From Cystobasidiomycetes sp. EMM_F5 (Eukaryota): DNA of 52,126 bases. Positions 1-12,900 of the stretch are shown here, piece after piece. The stretch lies in NCBI GenBank assembly GCA_051047955.1, contig JBPGPT010000059.1:1-52126 (forward strand). Reading direction: 5' to 3'. The notes under the pieces were generated by a model. That model was not told where the DNA came from. It made no database searches and saw only the letters and a list, made by a program, of their open reading frames with translations. Every line of letters begins with the position of its first letter. The stretch's first letter is position 1. The position numbers and the translations under genes were made by a program.

Positions 1-420
<420 letters not shown>

Positions 421-1086
421 GCTTGTGTTTTGTTGATTTAGTAGTGGTTGCGAGCGACTGTCGACGAAGGGAGCGAGTCAGCCATCAGAGTCGACGGAGA
501 CGACAACAGCAAGCCAGGACAGTGAGCACAGCTGTACACTGCGCCTGTTGCCAGCAGTGTCATCGTTGTGCTTGTGCTGCTCACCTCTGTGTACCGCTGT
601 TGCGTCCAAGTGCGTCTGTTTCGTTGCGGGCTGAATCGCTTGGAGTGAAGCAGACCCAGCTACCAGCCGCGAGTGCTAGTTTTCCCAAAATCTAGCAGCC
701 AGACTTACGAGACCGATCGAGTTTTCAAAGCGCAACATAGGTCTGACTAAGCAGACTTGTTGTTTGAGAGTGCGAGTGGCAAAAATATATACACGCCACG
801 AGTCGCGCGTCCGCGAAGTTGCGGAAAGAAAGAAAGCAGAGTGCGTGTAACAAGCGGGTACATTATCGAGCACACATCTCTGGCACAAATGTATACGCCT
901 TTTATGGCATGAGTTTGTAGGCGAGATGCATCTCGCCAACGCAAGTCAAGGCACCGTCGTATACCCTTCGAGACACGTTCAGCCCGTTCAAAGCAGCATT
1001 TCCAAGTCGCAAATGTGAACGAACAGCTGCATTTCATATGCCCAAGCACTTCCAAACAATGAATACACTACCCACATTCATGCTAG

Positions 1087-2850
1087 CTACACATGTACCA
1101 AATAGTCATCATCGTGACTGTTTTCGTCGGCATTATCGTCATTATCCTCATAATCAGGTGTATGCTGAATGTATGGCTTCCGCGCTGTTCTCGCTGCCCT
1201 TCGTTTCCGTGGATTGGAGCTCGACGGCGGGAACGAATCGACGCCATCCAGCACAGACAGCGAATTTTGCTGGAATGGATGTGTTCCGTCTAATGACGCC
1301 ATGGGATACTGCAGATGTAGAGGTGATATGTTGTCGCCGAGAGCTGTAGTGGAAGTAGTATCAAGCGAGAACGATGTGGTTGCAGAATTTGGCATAGACG
1401 AAGGATCATAGGACGTGCTGATGTCATCGAGCGCGACGGGATAGGTAGAATCTAATGGTGAAGCCTGTGACCCAGCGACTTTGGCATCGTGCCATTGCGA
1501 TGTCCGCTTGCCCTTTTCGTGCGTCTTTTTCTGAATTGTGTAGGGTCGTCAGCAACAAGTACGTGCCAAGCCTGGCAAGCCACTACCAACATGAGTGGTG
1601 AGATTATCCAGCCGAGAAAATCTCAATTCGCACAATGGTACATCGCACACAAACGGCTGGTCGCAGTGCTATCGTTAGTACTCCAAACCTCGTGATGATG
1701 GTTGCCGAGCTCACCCTATCCTGCGAATGTGTCTTTTCGTGTCTTTTGAGATGTTCACGACGCTAGAAACGGTGATAATTCTCGGCATCAGCTACACGCA
1801 ATCACGCACGCGAAGTGGCCTCACACTAAACGACCAGGCACAACCTGGGTCCGGGCACTTGTAAGACTTGTTTTCTACGCCAGATGACGGTCTTCGTCCT
1901 TTGGGCTTCTTTGCAGGGACTTGTGAGGCAGCAGTATTGCTACGCTTCGTTGGGGCTACAGAGCGTTGCATGTCGCTAGTACCGCTAGTACTTGTACTTG
2001 CCAACCCATTGTTGCCATAGTGTTGCGGGTATACGGGAATCTGGGGAAAGGGCACGGGAAGAGAAGCAGACGTCGGCGATTGCAGGATTGACGTGAAGGA
2101 GGAAGTGGGACTGTGCGTTGACAATGGGCCGTGCAAGGTGAGGTGATCAAATTGCGACTTGTTGAGCGATGATGAGAGGGTATGACTGCCAACTGAGCCA
2201 TCTTCGAATATGGGGTATAGCGTATCGGGAGTCGAGTGAGTAGTCGTGCTCGACTCGCTGCCGTCTTCGAGCCTACTCCGAACACCGTCAAACACGAGGC
2301 CGGGTAAGGTGGGCAGAGTGTGGAGGGCAGAAGCATAGTAGGGCGTATGATTTGGCTGCTGCTGCTGCTGCTGTTGCTGCAGGTGCAGGAATATGTCACC
2401 ATTGTTGGAGGCGTAGGGTGCTGCCGACGAAGTTGTCAGACCGTGCAGTGCCGAAGCTGCATTATAATCGTCCCGGTGTTGCTCTGAATGGTGCCCGCCA
2501 TGGACTGCGCTGCCCATGGCATTGGAGAACGACGGCGGAGGCAGTGGAGGCAGCGTTGGCAGGGCCATCATGCCTGCGTTGCTCCCGGTACTCCCGTTAG
2601 CGGCACTGGCAGTCGTCGGTGATCCAGAAGCTCCAGCAAAGATGCCAGCCGGATGGTGCTGATACAGCTGCGGCGGCGGCTGATAGTGCAGCTGCGGAGG
2701 CTGGTGTTGGGATCTCTGCTGCTGCTGCTGCTGCTGGCGCGCATTCATCGAAGCTGACCCAGCACCCGCTTTACTGCCCGGAACGGTGGCTGCAGAATCG
2801 CCATCGTCCCGGGCCATCATCGCGGCAGCTGCGAGCTCATTCAGATCCAT
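1087..2850 (-). CDS. C2H2 zinc-finger transcription factor with two fingers and a Q/P/S-rich N-terminal region
   Basis: The 352-aa ORF ends in YKCPDPGCAWSFS. Downstream exons give REHLKRHEKTHSQDR|PFVCDVPLCELRFSRLDNLTTH|KKTH, which runs into ORF 1087..1395 (acidic tail, stop at 1087). Confidence 0.9.
2356..2379 (-). repeat. CAG/CAA microsatellite encoding poly-Gln in the C2H2 factor
   Basis: ctg repeats with one ttg on the + strand; translated as a Q run on the minus strand. Confidence 0.9.
2716..2736 (-). repeat. (CAG)7 microsatellite encoding poly-Gln
   Basis: Seven perfect ctg units on the + strand; QQQQQQQ in the ORF. Confidence 0.9.
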
Positions 2851-3094
2851 GGCTGGAAACGATGGAGAGAAGTAGCCTCCAATAGTCCAAAAAGGATGAG
2901 TGCAGTCCTGGCCTTTGCGATGTCAGCCGTGCGCCCTGCTCTTGCCGTTCGCAGTGGAATAGGGGCTCTAGGAAAGGGGCCAAACGCTGAAAAAAAGTTC
3001 AAGTCGAGAATAGTAATGCAAAGATCGGCTCAAGTTGGGCTGACCATACACTCGACAACAACAAGTCATGCAGAAAGCTTGCGAGCTCGACATA

Positions 3095-6000
3095 CTACGC
3101 TACAACATCCCCCTCGAATAGATCACACTCGAGACTGCTTTCAACCGCAGCCCAGTCAACGCCACCGAGCGCGTACACGGATTCGTAATTTGACAGACTC
3201 GCTCGGCTGAAGAAGGGCTCGAGAGCCGATAGAGCGGAGATCTTGCAGAGTCTGACATTGGCCAAGAGAGGTCGAACTAGACGCTGACCGGTCGTGCTGG
3301 TCCTGTCGATGGATGCGATGGAGAAGCGGGGCGCCATGCCTGCTGAAAGCGGCTGATGGGCATCGCCGGCAGACATGCTCACTCCACCGTTACTCGTTAT
3401 CGGTGATCTGCTGCTGTTCAACAAGTCTAGTCGGCCACTGATAATCTCACCCAAGCGGTCCATGATGGCTTGCGGGGTCCAGCTCTCGGGTGGATATGCG
3501 GCATCGACGGTATCCGTGATAAACATCCATTGATGGCTGCATTAGTGCTAACCTCAGTATGCAGCATTGCTCTCGTGGTTTCGAATTGTACCCACATCTG
3601 AAATTCTTCAGTCTGCAAGACGAGCAGCAAATCCAAGAACTTGCAGGCCGAAAGTATGAGCTGTAAATACTCTGACGAAGGCGTGGCAGTTTCGTGCATG
3701 AGTGTCTCAAATAAACGAAGCTAATTGTACGAAAAAGACCTTTCGTCAGCGCACCACACTCTGCTTACATTTTTTACAACCTACCAATTCAGCCAAGATG
3801 ATAGGCCAGAAGGACGAAAGATGTTGGTTTCCTATCCGGCACAGCAGGACCCTGAGGCACAGATAGACTTCACAGTGTACTATGTCGCTGACTTGAGCGC
3901 GGAGCAGTTCCACCACCTTCTCCTGGATTGCAGGCAGCTGAACGAGATACCTGTTCTTCTCGCCGCAGAATATGCTGTAGGATAGCCTGCGTATAGATAT
4001 CGCGCGGGACAGACTCTCATACTCGCGATTGGCAAATATGTTGGCGGACGAACTTGCCGAGATCCGTGCTATGAGATCAGGGAAGCGTTCCTTGTCGGAC
4101 GCTACGAGCGCCTGAATGATGCTCCGCCATTTCCGATGTGAAGAAGGTGTGCCGTAGAAGAAACGATTGTCTGAAAAGACTTCGAGTGCCTGTGTACGCC
4201 AAGCTTTCAGAGCAGCCGGTACCTTCGTTAACTCGGATAGCAAATCCAAGACAGAGTCGTCGACATCAAATGACCTGCGGAAATTGACGTGGTTGAGTGA
4301 TCGTAACACAAACACAATAGAGTTGAGATTACTCACTTGCTGCGGGTTTTGAAGGCGGGAGAGACGTTGTAGTACATGATATTCGTGCATGTGGTCGCTA
4401 GTTTATCGTTGTCCATAGCGAACAAGCGGAAGTCTGGGACGATAGTATGCGCAAGGAATGATGCGAGCTAGTAGGAGATTGCACGGAGTCAGACTTGACA
4501 TCTTTGCCCCGCCTAACCGACCCGCTGCTTACATCTTTTGAGCCGTCTACATAGCCAGCCCCTGTCTGAGGTGCAGCCTTCTCGCTCATAATGGATGCCT
4601 CCATAGCATCGTTACCTGGTGTCTCCAGTAGCGGTGTAAGAGGAATTTGCATTTCGTTGGTAGATCGCCGCAAGCCGTCGCCGGACCGTCCTGAAGCTTG
4701 TATCGTGGCATCGACTAGTTTGATGAAGGCATCCTGTAACATTTTCACATGTCACCCACTTTGAGCTGCTGTGGTAGACGATACAAGCACTTACATGTAG
4801 ATCACGGCGCATGCGTCTGTCTTCAAGCGCGCTTGTTGTAGCGATCTTTTCCGCAATAATGGCGAAACACCGCAAAGTAGGCAAAAGACGGTATTTGTGT
4901 TGCTGAGGGTTCGAAGCAATGTCTTTGACGAACGTATGAAACGAAATCCAGACTTGAACGGCTACCGGTCCAGACACGCGACCAAGATACGCTAAGAGAA
5001 ACGCAAACCGCAAAGTCTCGCCTCTACAAGCATTGCCAAGAAGTCGACACAAAGGAACGACAGATCAGCACCATAAGTATAAGTAGATCAGTCCAATGAC
5101 TCACGTGCTGGGAACATTAGCGGCATGTTTGCTCCGGTCCGACGTGAACTGGCGAGCGATGTACTCCGTTAACAGGACGACAATTGTCTGTGCTGCGGGA
5201 GCTAGGAAATCGAGAATCTCCAGGATGGTGTCTTGAACAGGCTCTTGAGAGGGCGGAGGTGCTGACGAAGGGCCCGAAACTTGCCACTCTTGCAGCATAG
5301 CCTGGAAGACTTCGGCAGAGTTGGTTTTATAGATGCGTTCGAGCGCTTTGCGAGTTCGTAAGCGGATATGACTTGATATATGGCTTTGAGATGTCATGTT
5401 GTTTGGATCGCTCTGTGCTTCTAGTCGACTAGATACTGACCAAGCGCGGATCAGAACATGAACAAAATGGTGAAGCTTCGTGGTCAATGCAGATTGGGGC
5501 TGTTTGCAGTAGTGAGCCTCGTTAGTCCTCACGCAGCTTCCTAAAGCGACAAGGACTGTCCACGTACATTTGGAGTATCGCTGGGATCGCTGTTCTGAAT
5601 ATCGACGGCCCCGAGAGCAGTGCCAATGAAGCCCAGAAAGCCAGCAGAATTGTCGCTGTTCGCGGATACCTTCTCCGTGATACTACCAACGCTTTGATTT
5701 GGCAAGTCAGACACTCCACTTGTGTTTGCATTCTCGAACGCAGTCGCGAACAGGCGCTCGAGAGCGTTGAGTAGAATCGTGTAGTCTGCTTCAGTGACTG
5801 AAGCCGCAGTCTGCTTGCCCTTGCTATGCACATCATACGCTGCTGCAAGATCAGCAATCAAGTCCCCTAATGTGGCGGTAATAGCGTCAACGAGCGGAAA
5901 GACAGACGCTCCGCTCTCGAATCTCAGAAGAGGTAGGGTCGTAAGGAGAAAATCGACCCAGTGATGTGTAACGGCACTGTTGCTTTGGGTTGTAAGCCCA

Positions 6001-9000
6001 TCACACAACACCCTCATCAACAGTGGGTTATGCGAGATGTCCTTTCGTGACGTGTTCGCTGGAGTAGTTGAGGAGGAGTCCTTGCTGCGACGGTCCGGTT
6101 GCTTCTGTAGACTGCTACTTGCAGCAATTGCTGAATGCAGAACATGCAAGAGCTTATTTTGCAAGTCGAATTCCCGTCTGTGCACGCAAAGGTAGAGCCT
6201 CGACAGAAGAGCTTGCTCAATGATGGCCAGCACAGCGAGATCTACATCTCCTCGAGAAACGATAATTTGCAATAAATCAGCTGCCATGGCGTGAATGTAC
6301 TTATGTGCCGCATCAATGGCGGTTGAGGTAGTTGAGCAGCTTTCGGACAAGAGAAAACTGTACGCGATGTCAGCCGGCGGGGACTTTCCTATCATTCTTA
6401 CCCTTACCGGACAAGAATGCGGCAGAGGGCATCGAGGTAGCTGCAAGACAGAATACCCGCTACTGCAACGTTAAAAACCAACTACACGGACCAAGCCCAT
6501 CAATCTCACCTTTCGCAGCGACTTCGTGCAACGCTTGGAATGTTGATTGTTGCAGCCAGCTTATCTTGGCCAGTCTGGTGAAGCCTTGACCTCCGAAGCC
6601 TGCTAAGCTAGACAGACTTTCCAACGTATGATGAATTTGCGCGTGATCGAAGTCCCTTTGATATCGATGAATCGTGACATCTAGGCTACCAACGTGCAAT
6701 GTCTCCTCTTTTGACACGATCTTCGAGTCCAGTAAGGCCGAATAAAGTGGATCCAATATTCTGAAGAGATGTTGCATACAAAGTCAGCAAAGCATTTCGC
6801 TTGGCGAGTTCGTTCAAACAAGCTGAGCCCACCTCAGGTATGACTTCAGACTACATCGCATCCAGGCCTCGCCGGCCCTACGCGTAGCAAGGTCATGGGA
6901 TCGCAATGCATCCAGCATTATTCGCATAGCTATCCCTAGGCGGACACCTGGAAGATGAGAGTCATCGGTGAAACGCCAGAGGTTGCCGAAAGCTTCGTAT
7001 GCGCTCATTCGCTGTTCTTCCTGTTTAGAGCATAGCCTTCTACAAATAGCCGATTCCACTAGCTGAAATCCAGAAACATCCTCCAATGCCCATAGAAGTG
7101 ACACAGCTTGCACATGGCATGGAGTAGTGTCAGATTGCAGAAAGTTCAACAACTGCGGGCAACGAGTCAGCGTCACACCAGTACCTCGCAAATTTAGCGA
7201 TTTACGATATCCGTGATCACTCCGGTTACCTCCGGCCGATCCATCTGTAAAGTCGGGTTCAGAGGAGCCCCATCAATTGCCAAGAGGCACCGGACAGCTG
7301 AGTCAACCACTTCGAAGGTCTGTAGCGTAGTACTCAAGCTCTCCAGGTGATCAATAACTACCTTGAGCCATGTTTCAGGCTGCCATTGGAGGTGGATTTG
7401 GTGATTTCTTGGCGGTAACTCAGCAGCATAGCTTAGCAAATGTAAAGTCGCTGAGAAGAGTTCCTTCCTCTTGTCTACTGTGTGCGGTCCCCTTTTTATC
7501 CAGTCGAGTAGACTGCCGAGACCACTAACCAATAAACGATTGGAAAAGCCAGTCGCTGGTATTCGTGCAGTTTTGTTATTTTGTGCTGAGTAGAAATCCG
7601 TTGCTACAGACAAGCCCGACTGAGCCTGCATCTGACTGTCGACGCCAATGTCCGCGATTGCAAAGAAAGTCGGTGCAGTCTCTTTGAGCAGCGCATGCGA
7701 TATTGTCACAGCCATAAGCAAATCGTCAATGTTGGACTCTTCGATATTTGCAGCCGATAGGCAATCAATCAGGGCGAAAGCAAGGAGTGGGGCATGCAGG
7801 CGGGTGAATTCGTCATCATTCAAGCGGAATGTGTGCAGTACGAATGCGATCAAATCGAGAATCTAGGTCGAACCCTCAGTATGGCTATCTCCTCCAAGTA
7901 GACAGAACTCACGTCATTTGTTCCGGACGCAGGAGACTGGAGCTGCGATTTTGCGCTCTTGAACAGCTCCTTCCACATAAGAAACGGGTCAATCGCGTCG
8001 AAAAGCATGTTAACTGTCGTGACCAGCTGAAAATATTATTCAGGATTGATGGCCTAGTACAAGTCGTCGAATCACCGACCTCTGGATGGAACGTTTCGGC
8101 AGAGAGAACCTTCTCAAGCTGTCTGAGCAGATCCAATACCACGACCTCGATGAGGGGAAAACTGATTTCCCACTTGTCTAGTAGCGATATGACAATCTTG
8201 TACGGTCTCTGGGCGAGCGTTGCGTCGGGAGAAGACGAAAACGTTTGCATTTCCGCTATGACCGCCTGCCGCAGCAGCTCCAGACCATGTTGGCGGTAAA
8301 ATTCTAGCTGAGTGGCCGAACCATCAGAAGGTCCGAGCAGCCAGGTGTAAAGGCGCCTGCTTAGTGACAAGTCTCTCCGTAAGACCACGGCCATCATAGC
8401 CTGCACAAGTATGACTTGATCCTCGTGTCTTGTGTCTCTGTAAAGAATCCGGTCAGACTGTCTTAAGGTCATCTTTTACTTCTCTAGAGGTAACATACTG
8501 GACAAAACCGGCGCCATTAAGCGGGAGTACTGACAGCACAAGATCCAGCGTGGATCGCTGAACCAAGATATGGCTGTCACCAAGAGATGCTGCGAATGCG
8601 CGTACCATCAAACCAACGTCCTGGCCGACAACATGAGCTATGCTGTCGTCTGGCCCTATCTTCGGCATGCGCTTGCTGAGGTAATTAAGAGCAGCTATGC
8701 GCAGCGATGGCGCAGTAATCAAGACAAGCCAGATGTTTTGTAGGAAGAAAGAAGGGGAGACGGTGCCCGACAGTTGATCAAGTAAACCAGCTACCCTATC
8801 GAAGAAGTCACTTGTTTCTTCATCTAGCCCAGGCAAGAGAGCTAAGATCATAGCCTTGGTCGCAGGTCTGAGATGTTCTTGCAGCGGGATATAGAATTTC
8901 GAGTATATACCCAACAATATTGGCTACGGTCTTATCGTCAGCGCATTGTCGTTCCAATCGTGCAACTTCATCTCCACATACCCGGACGGATGTTGCAGCA

Positions 9001-9710
9001 TATTGGAAGAACGGAAATATGCCCGAAGACCATAGCTGAAGGTCTCGCCGCAAGTTTTCCGGCTGTCGTGAGATTTTAGATAGTTGCCCGTCTGTAACTT
9101 GTATAAAAGTGTTTCACTGACCCCGATAGCGTTAAGTATATGTACGTAGACATCGAGAGCTCTTTGATGCACGCCAGTCGGTAAGGCTGGGTTCAGACAT
9201 TGAGCAAGCCGTTTCGCTACGATAATTTTGTGTGGAACGTAGGCAAAATGAGGGAACGTCTGTAGACACTGTTGATTTGCGACTTAATCAGTCCTTGTTG
9301 GTCATAGCTTGCGGAGGACACGTCTGAGCCGGACCTTCAGCAATTTCCCCAGAAACGTTATAAAGTCTGCCCATTCGGTAGCGCTTTCGAACGATACGAG
9401 GACTCTGTCGATAAGTTGCGTAAACTTTGCCCACTCCCGTTTTGTTTTCGGGTCGCCGGCCAATGCTGCACAAACACGTCAGATTATACGACTGATCCTG
9501 GCGACCGCGTCAGAGACGATGCACACCCTTCTCGCCGACGGACTGGTCCAGTATCTCTTTCGCACGAACATCTCTGCCAGTGGACGACACTGAGCGGGTC
9601 TGCAGCACCTCTGCGCTAACGGGGCTCAAGCTCGTCGTCGTGTCATGCGATGCTGATAAGATTGGGAACCGAGCTGTGACCAAACTGGCTGGCGTAACGG
9701 GCCTGCTCAT
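3095..9710 (-). CDS. DOP1: Dopey family protein (endosome-Golgi trafficking), multi-exon
   Basis: Dopey_N motifs EWADFITFL, KRLAQCLNPALPTGVHQRALDVY, LLPGLDEE, VVLRRDLSLSRRLYTWLLG and PYKIVISLLDKWEI. C-terminal HLSSFWPIILAEL and ACKFLDLLLVLQTEEFQ..QWMFITDT. Confidence 0.95.
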
Positions 9711-9928
9711 CGATGTCGCGGTATTAGCATGCCAGCGTTGTGCATTGACTGCTGCAAACAGCGGCTCTCTTCAGTTCAGAGTTGTTGGCGATTCGTTCTC
9801 AAACAAGAAGTGCACGGATATGACTTCCCTCTTGGCAACTGCTATGCTGGACATGAGTCTGTCCTTTGTATCTATGTGCTACATTGAATTGACTGGTTGA
9901 GACAGTAAGGCTCGCAATGCCTCAGGGT

Positions 9929-12900
9929 CTACCCAGTTGACAGTCGGATCTTCTTTACCATCCCACCGCCAGACCCCGACATACTTCCTCTCTTTAGCTG
10001 CTTATTGGCCGGGAACCCACCAGAGAATTGCGCCTTGATACCAGCAAACTCTCGGTCAAATTCACCTTCGAGATCTTTGCCCAATTCTCCCGCAGGAGAA
10101 TCATCGCCGTTGAATGTCAGACAATTACTGATCATCAACCGGAAATCAGCTTCGAAAGCCTCGAAGCTGTTATATTCGTCGTTCTCCAGCTTGCGCTTGA
10201 GCAGAGACATGTCTCGGGCGTCCTCGCGATTTATGACGTTGAAGTAGTTTGGTATACCTTCTGCAATCGGGTCGACTGCCTCCAGAAAGATGAATGCGCT
10301 GCATTCGCACGTATGATCAGTTGTGGCCTTCCTCATATCCGCTGAGACGACTTACCTGGGCCTCAACCGCAACCGGTTGAGCATGCCTTGCAGAGCACGC
10401 TTTTCGTTATAGGCCAATTTACCTACTTTGACCATCTCGGCCCGCCAGATCACTTGCAGAGCTTCTGCATGTGCAACGGGCAGCGTTCCCGGCGGATTGA
10501 ATATCTTGCAGTTGGTGACAATCTGCTCAAAGTCTTCATTCATCTCCTGCTGGTAATAGTATCGTCCTTCATTCAGCTTTTGCTGCATTGTGCCAAGGTC
10601 CATTGGATGTTTAATCTCATCGTAATATCTGTAAGTACCGGCAACATTAGTGACTCGCCGGGTGCATCTAGAGACAGGCAGATACTTACGTCTGGCAGCC
10701 GTCCAGAACAGGATCAACAGGCCTTCGAAAAAAGAACGACTCATCCATCCGCAATAGCTTGGTCAGGAATGCCTGCATCTTCTTCACGTTGACTGGTAAA
10801 GTCGCCGCGTCTCCAGTGCTGCTATTGCTCGATGCCCGATAGCCATGACGATTCGCGCCTGACGGTGTCATCGCTGACAGTGGTGTAGCTGCCTGAACCG
10901 CTGAGGCTGGATGCGCTGAACCCAGAGAGCTCGATCCGTTGATCGAGAGGCGGATCTTGGTAGGTTTTGCCGATGGCTCGACCGAATTTCGCGGAGACTC
11001 TGACGGGCGTGGAGGTGCAGGAGTCGCGAAGGTGAAGTTCTCTTCAGTTGGCTCAGCCTTCGGACGAGCGGATAAACTGCTCCTGAAACTAATCTTGGGG
11101 CGAGCTACGGTGGCTGACGATGTGACTGCGAGGGGCACGCCAGGCGAGGAAGAGCGGGAAATGCCGTCAGCCGCAGGCTGCTGCGATGCACCATTGGCAT
11201 TGAAAGGAGATTCGAGGCGCGTTGTTTGTATAGGTGGGAGTGAGGGCGTTGGTGGTTCTGGCTTGATGATTGTGTCGAGGGGAGGTACAGACAAACGCGG
11301 CTCTGGGATCGCCGGAGTCGGCACTGCTGGTACATCCGATACAGACGCAGCTGGAGCTGCGGGAGTGACCGGAGTAGCTAATGGCTGACTACTTGGTGGC
11401 TGACCGCTACTTGAAGCGCCGAAGCTGAGTTTCAGCAGTAGCGGTCGCGATGAGGCCGGTGCCGCTGACGTTGCCAATGGCGTGGGCGGTGGGACAGACG
11501 GTCTTGCAAAAATGCTGTCATCCGCTACCAGCGCAGACGCGTTGCCAAGCTGCTGCGACGGCGCTCGGGCACTCCTGGGAGGTAAGACTGCAAAAGTCGT
11601 CTCATTTTGCGATTTCTTCCGCAGCTGTTCCAGCGTCGTGTTGGCTCGCTCCCACTGCTTGTCGAAGTGGGCGTCGAAGATGTTTGCTAGATTACCAAAG
11701 GCGCTCTCGCGACCGTTGAAGAGATAGCAATTTCCAATCATCAATTTGAAGTCATCCCTGAAGCCATTTCGATCTTTGTATAATCCTGCATCGAGCTTGT
11801 TAGCCATGGTGGATAAGTCCATTGGAGCTTTAATGTGTTCGAAGTATCTGAATGATTAATCAGGTCAGCGGGAGGCGTCAAGGACCCGTCGGATTCATGC
11901 ACACTCACGTCGGAGCTCCGTCTCTGACAGGGTCCACCGGGTGTCGAAACAGATCCGCCTTTTTCGTGTTCGTCAACTTCTGCATGAGGTTCTGACAGAC
12001 TTTGAGATCCTGAAGATTCATGCCGGACTTCTGCTCCTTGAGTAATTTTGGCTGCCCTGTTTTGCTGCCGATGACCAACTTGAGAGGTGGCTTACCGGTC
12101 GCATCAACCGACGGCTCCCGAGCGCCGTTGACTTTGACCTTGAGAGGGCCGGAAGCTCCAATAGACCCTGACAGGGGCCCATCGGGACTGCCCGCATTGG
12201 TCATGCTGGACAAACGAAGTATATTGGCTGGCATACGTAGCTTGATCTTAGGCAAGGCTTCTTCGCTGGGCTTGACTAGTACTTCGCAGATTTTCAGCAT
12301 CGCCCATCGAGTCTCGATATCGACGTTAGGCGCGCTGTCCGGTAGCAAAGTCAGCTGCGCATCCAAATCAATAATAGCAAAACTTACAAAAGTACGGCAG
12401 TCAAAGAGTCGCGCAGCATTATGCTACGCCCTACGCTGTTTCTCAGCACCTTGAGAATAGACTCAACACTCTGATTTTGCTGCTTTGATGGAACCCGATG
12501 ATTCTCTTCCTCAAAGTAGCCGGACTCGGCGGAGTGCATCTCGTCCATCGCAGCAAGTATCGGCAGGTTATCGACAATAGCTTGAGCGAGCCGGCGGGCC
12601 ACAACTCTGGACGAGTCGTAGAGAAGGACAGCCAGGATATACCGCGCTAGGATCTTCTCCTGTAAGGCTCGCAGCAGAAGCAAGCCCTCAAAGGCCGCCG
12701 TGCGTACGGCTGCATAGTTACCTTCGCGACTGTACGATAGGAGAGATTTGATGTCCAAAGGTATTAGACTGGCCATCATCATCTTTACTCGCCACTGTAA
12801 TACTCATCATCAGCAATGAATAGGGAGGGACAAGCATTTTACGTACCTCGATGGCTGCAACGGTGATTATATTATGATACGACGGTACGAGTCGGTCGAG

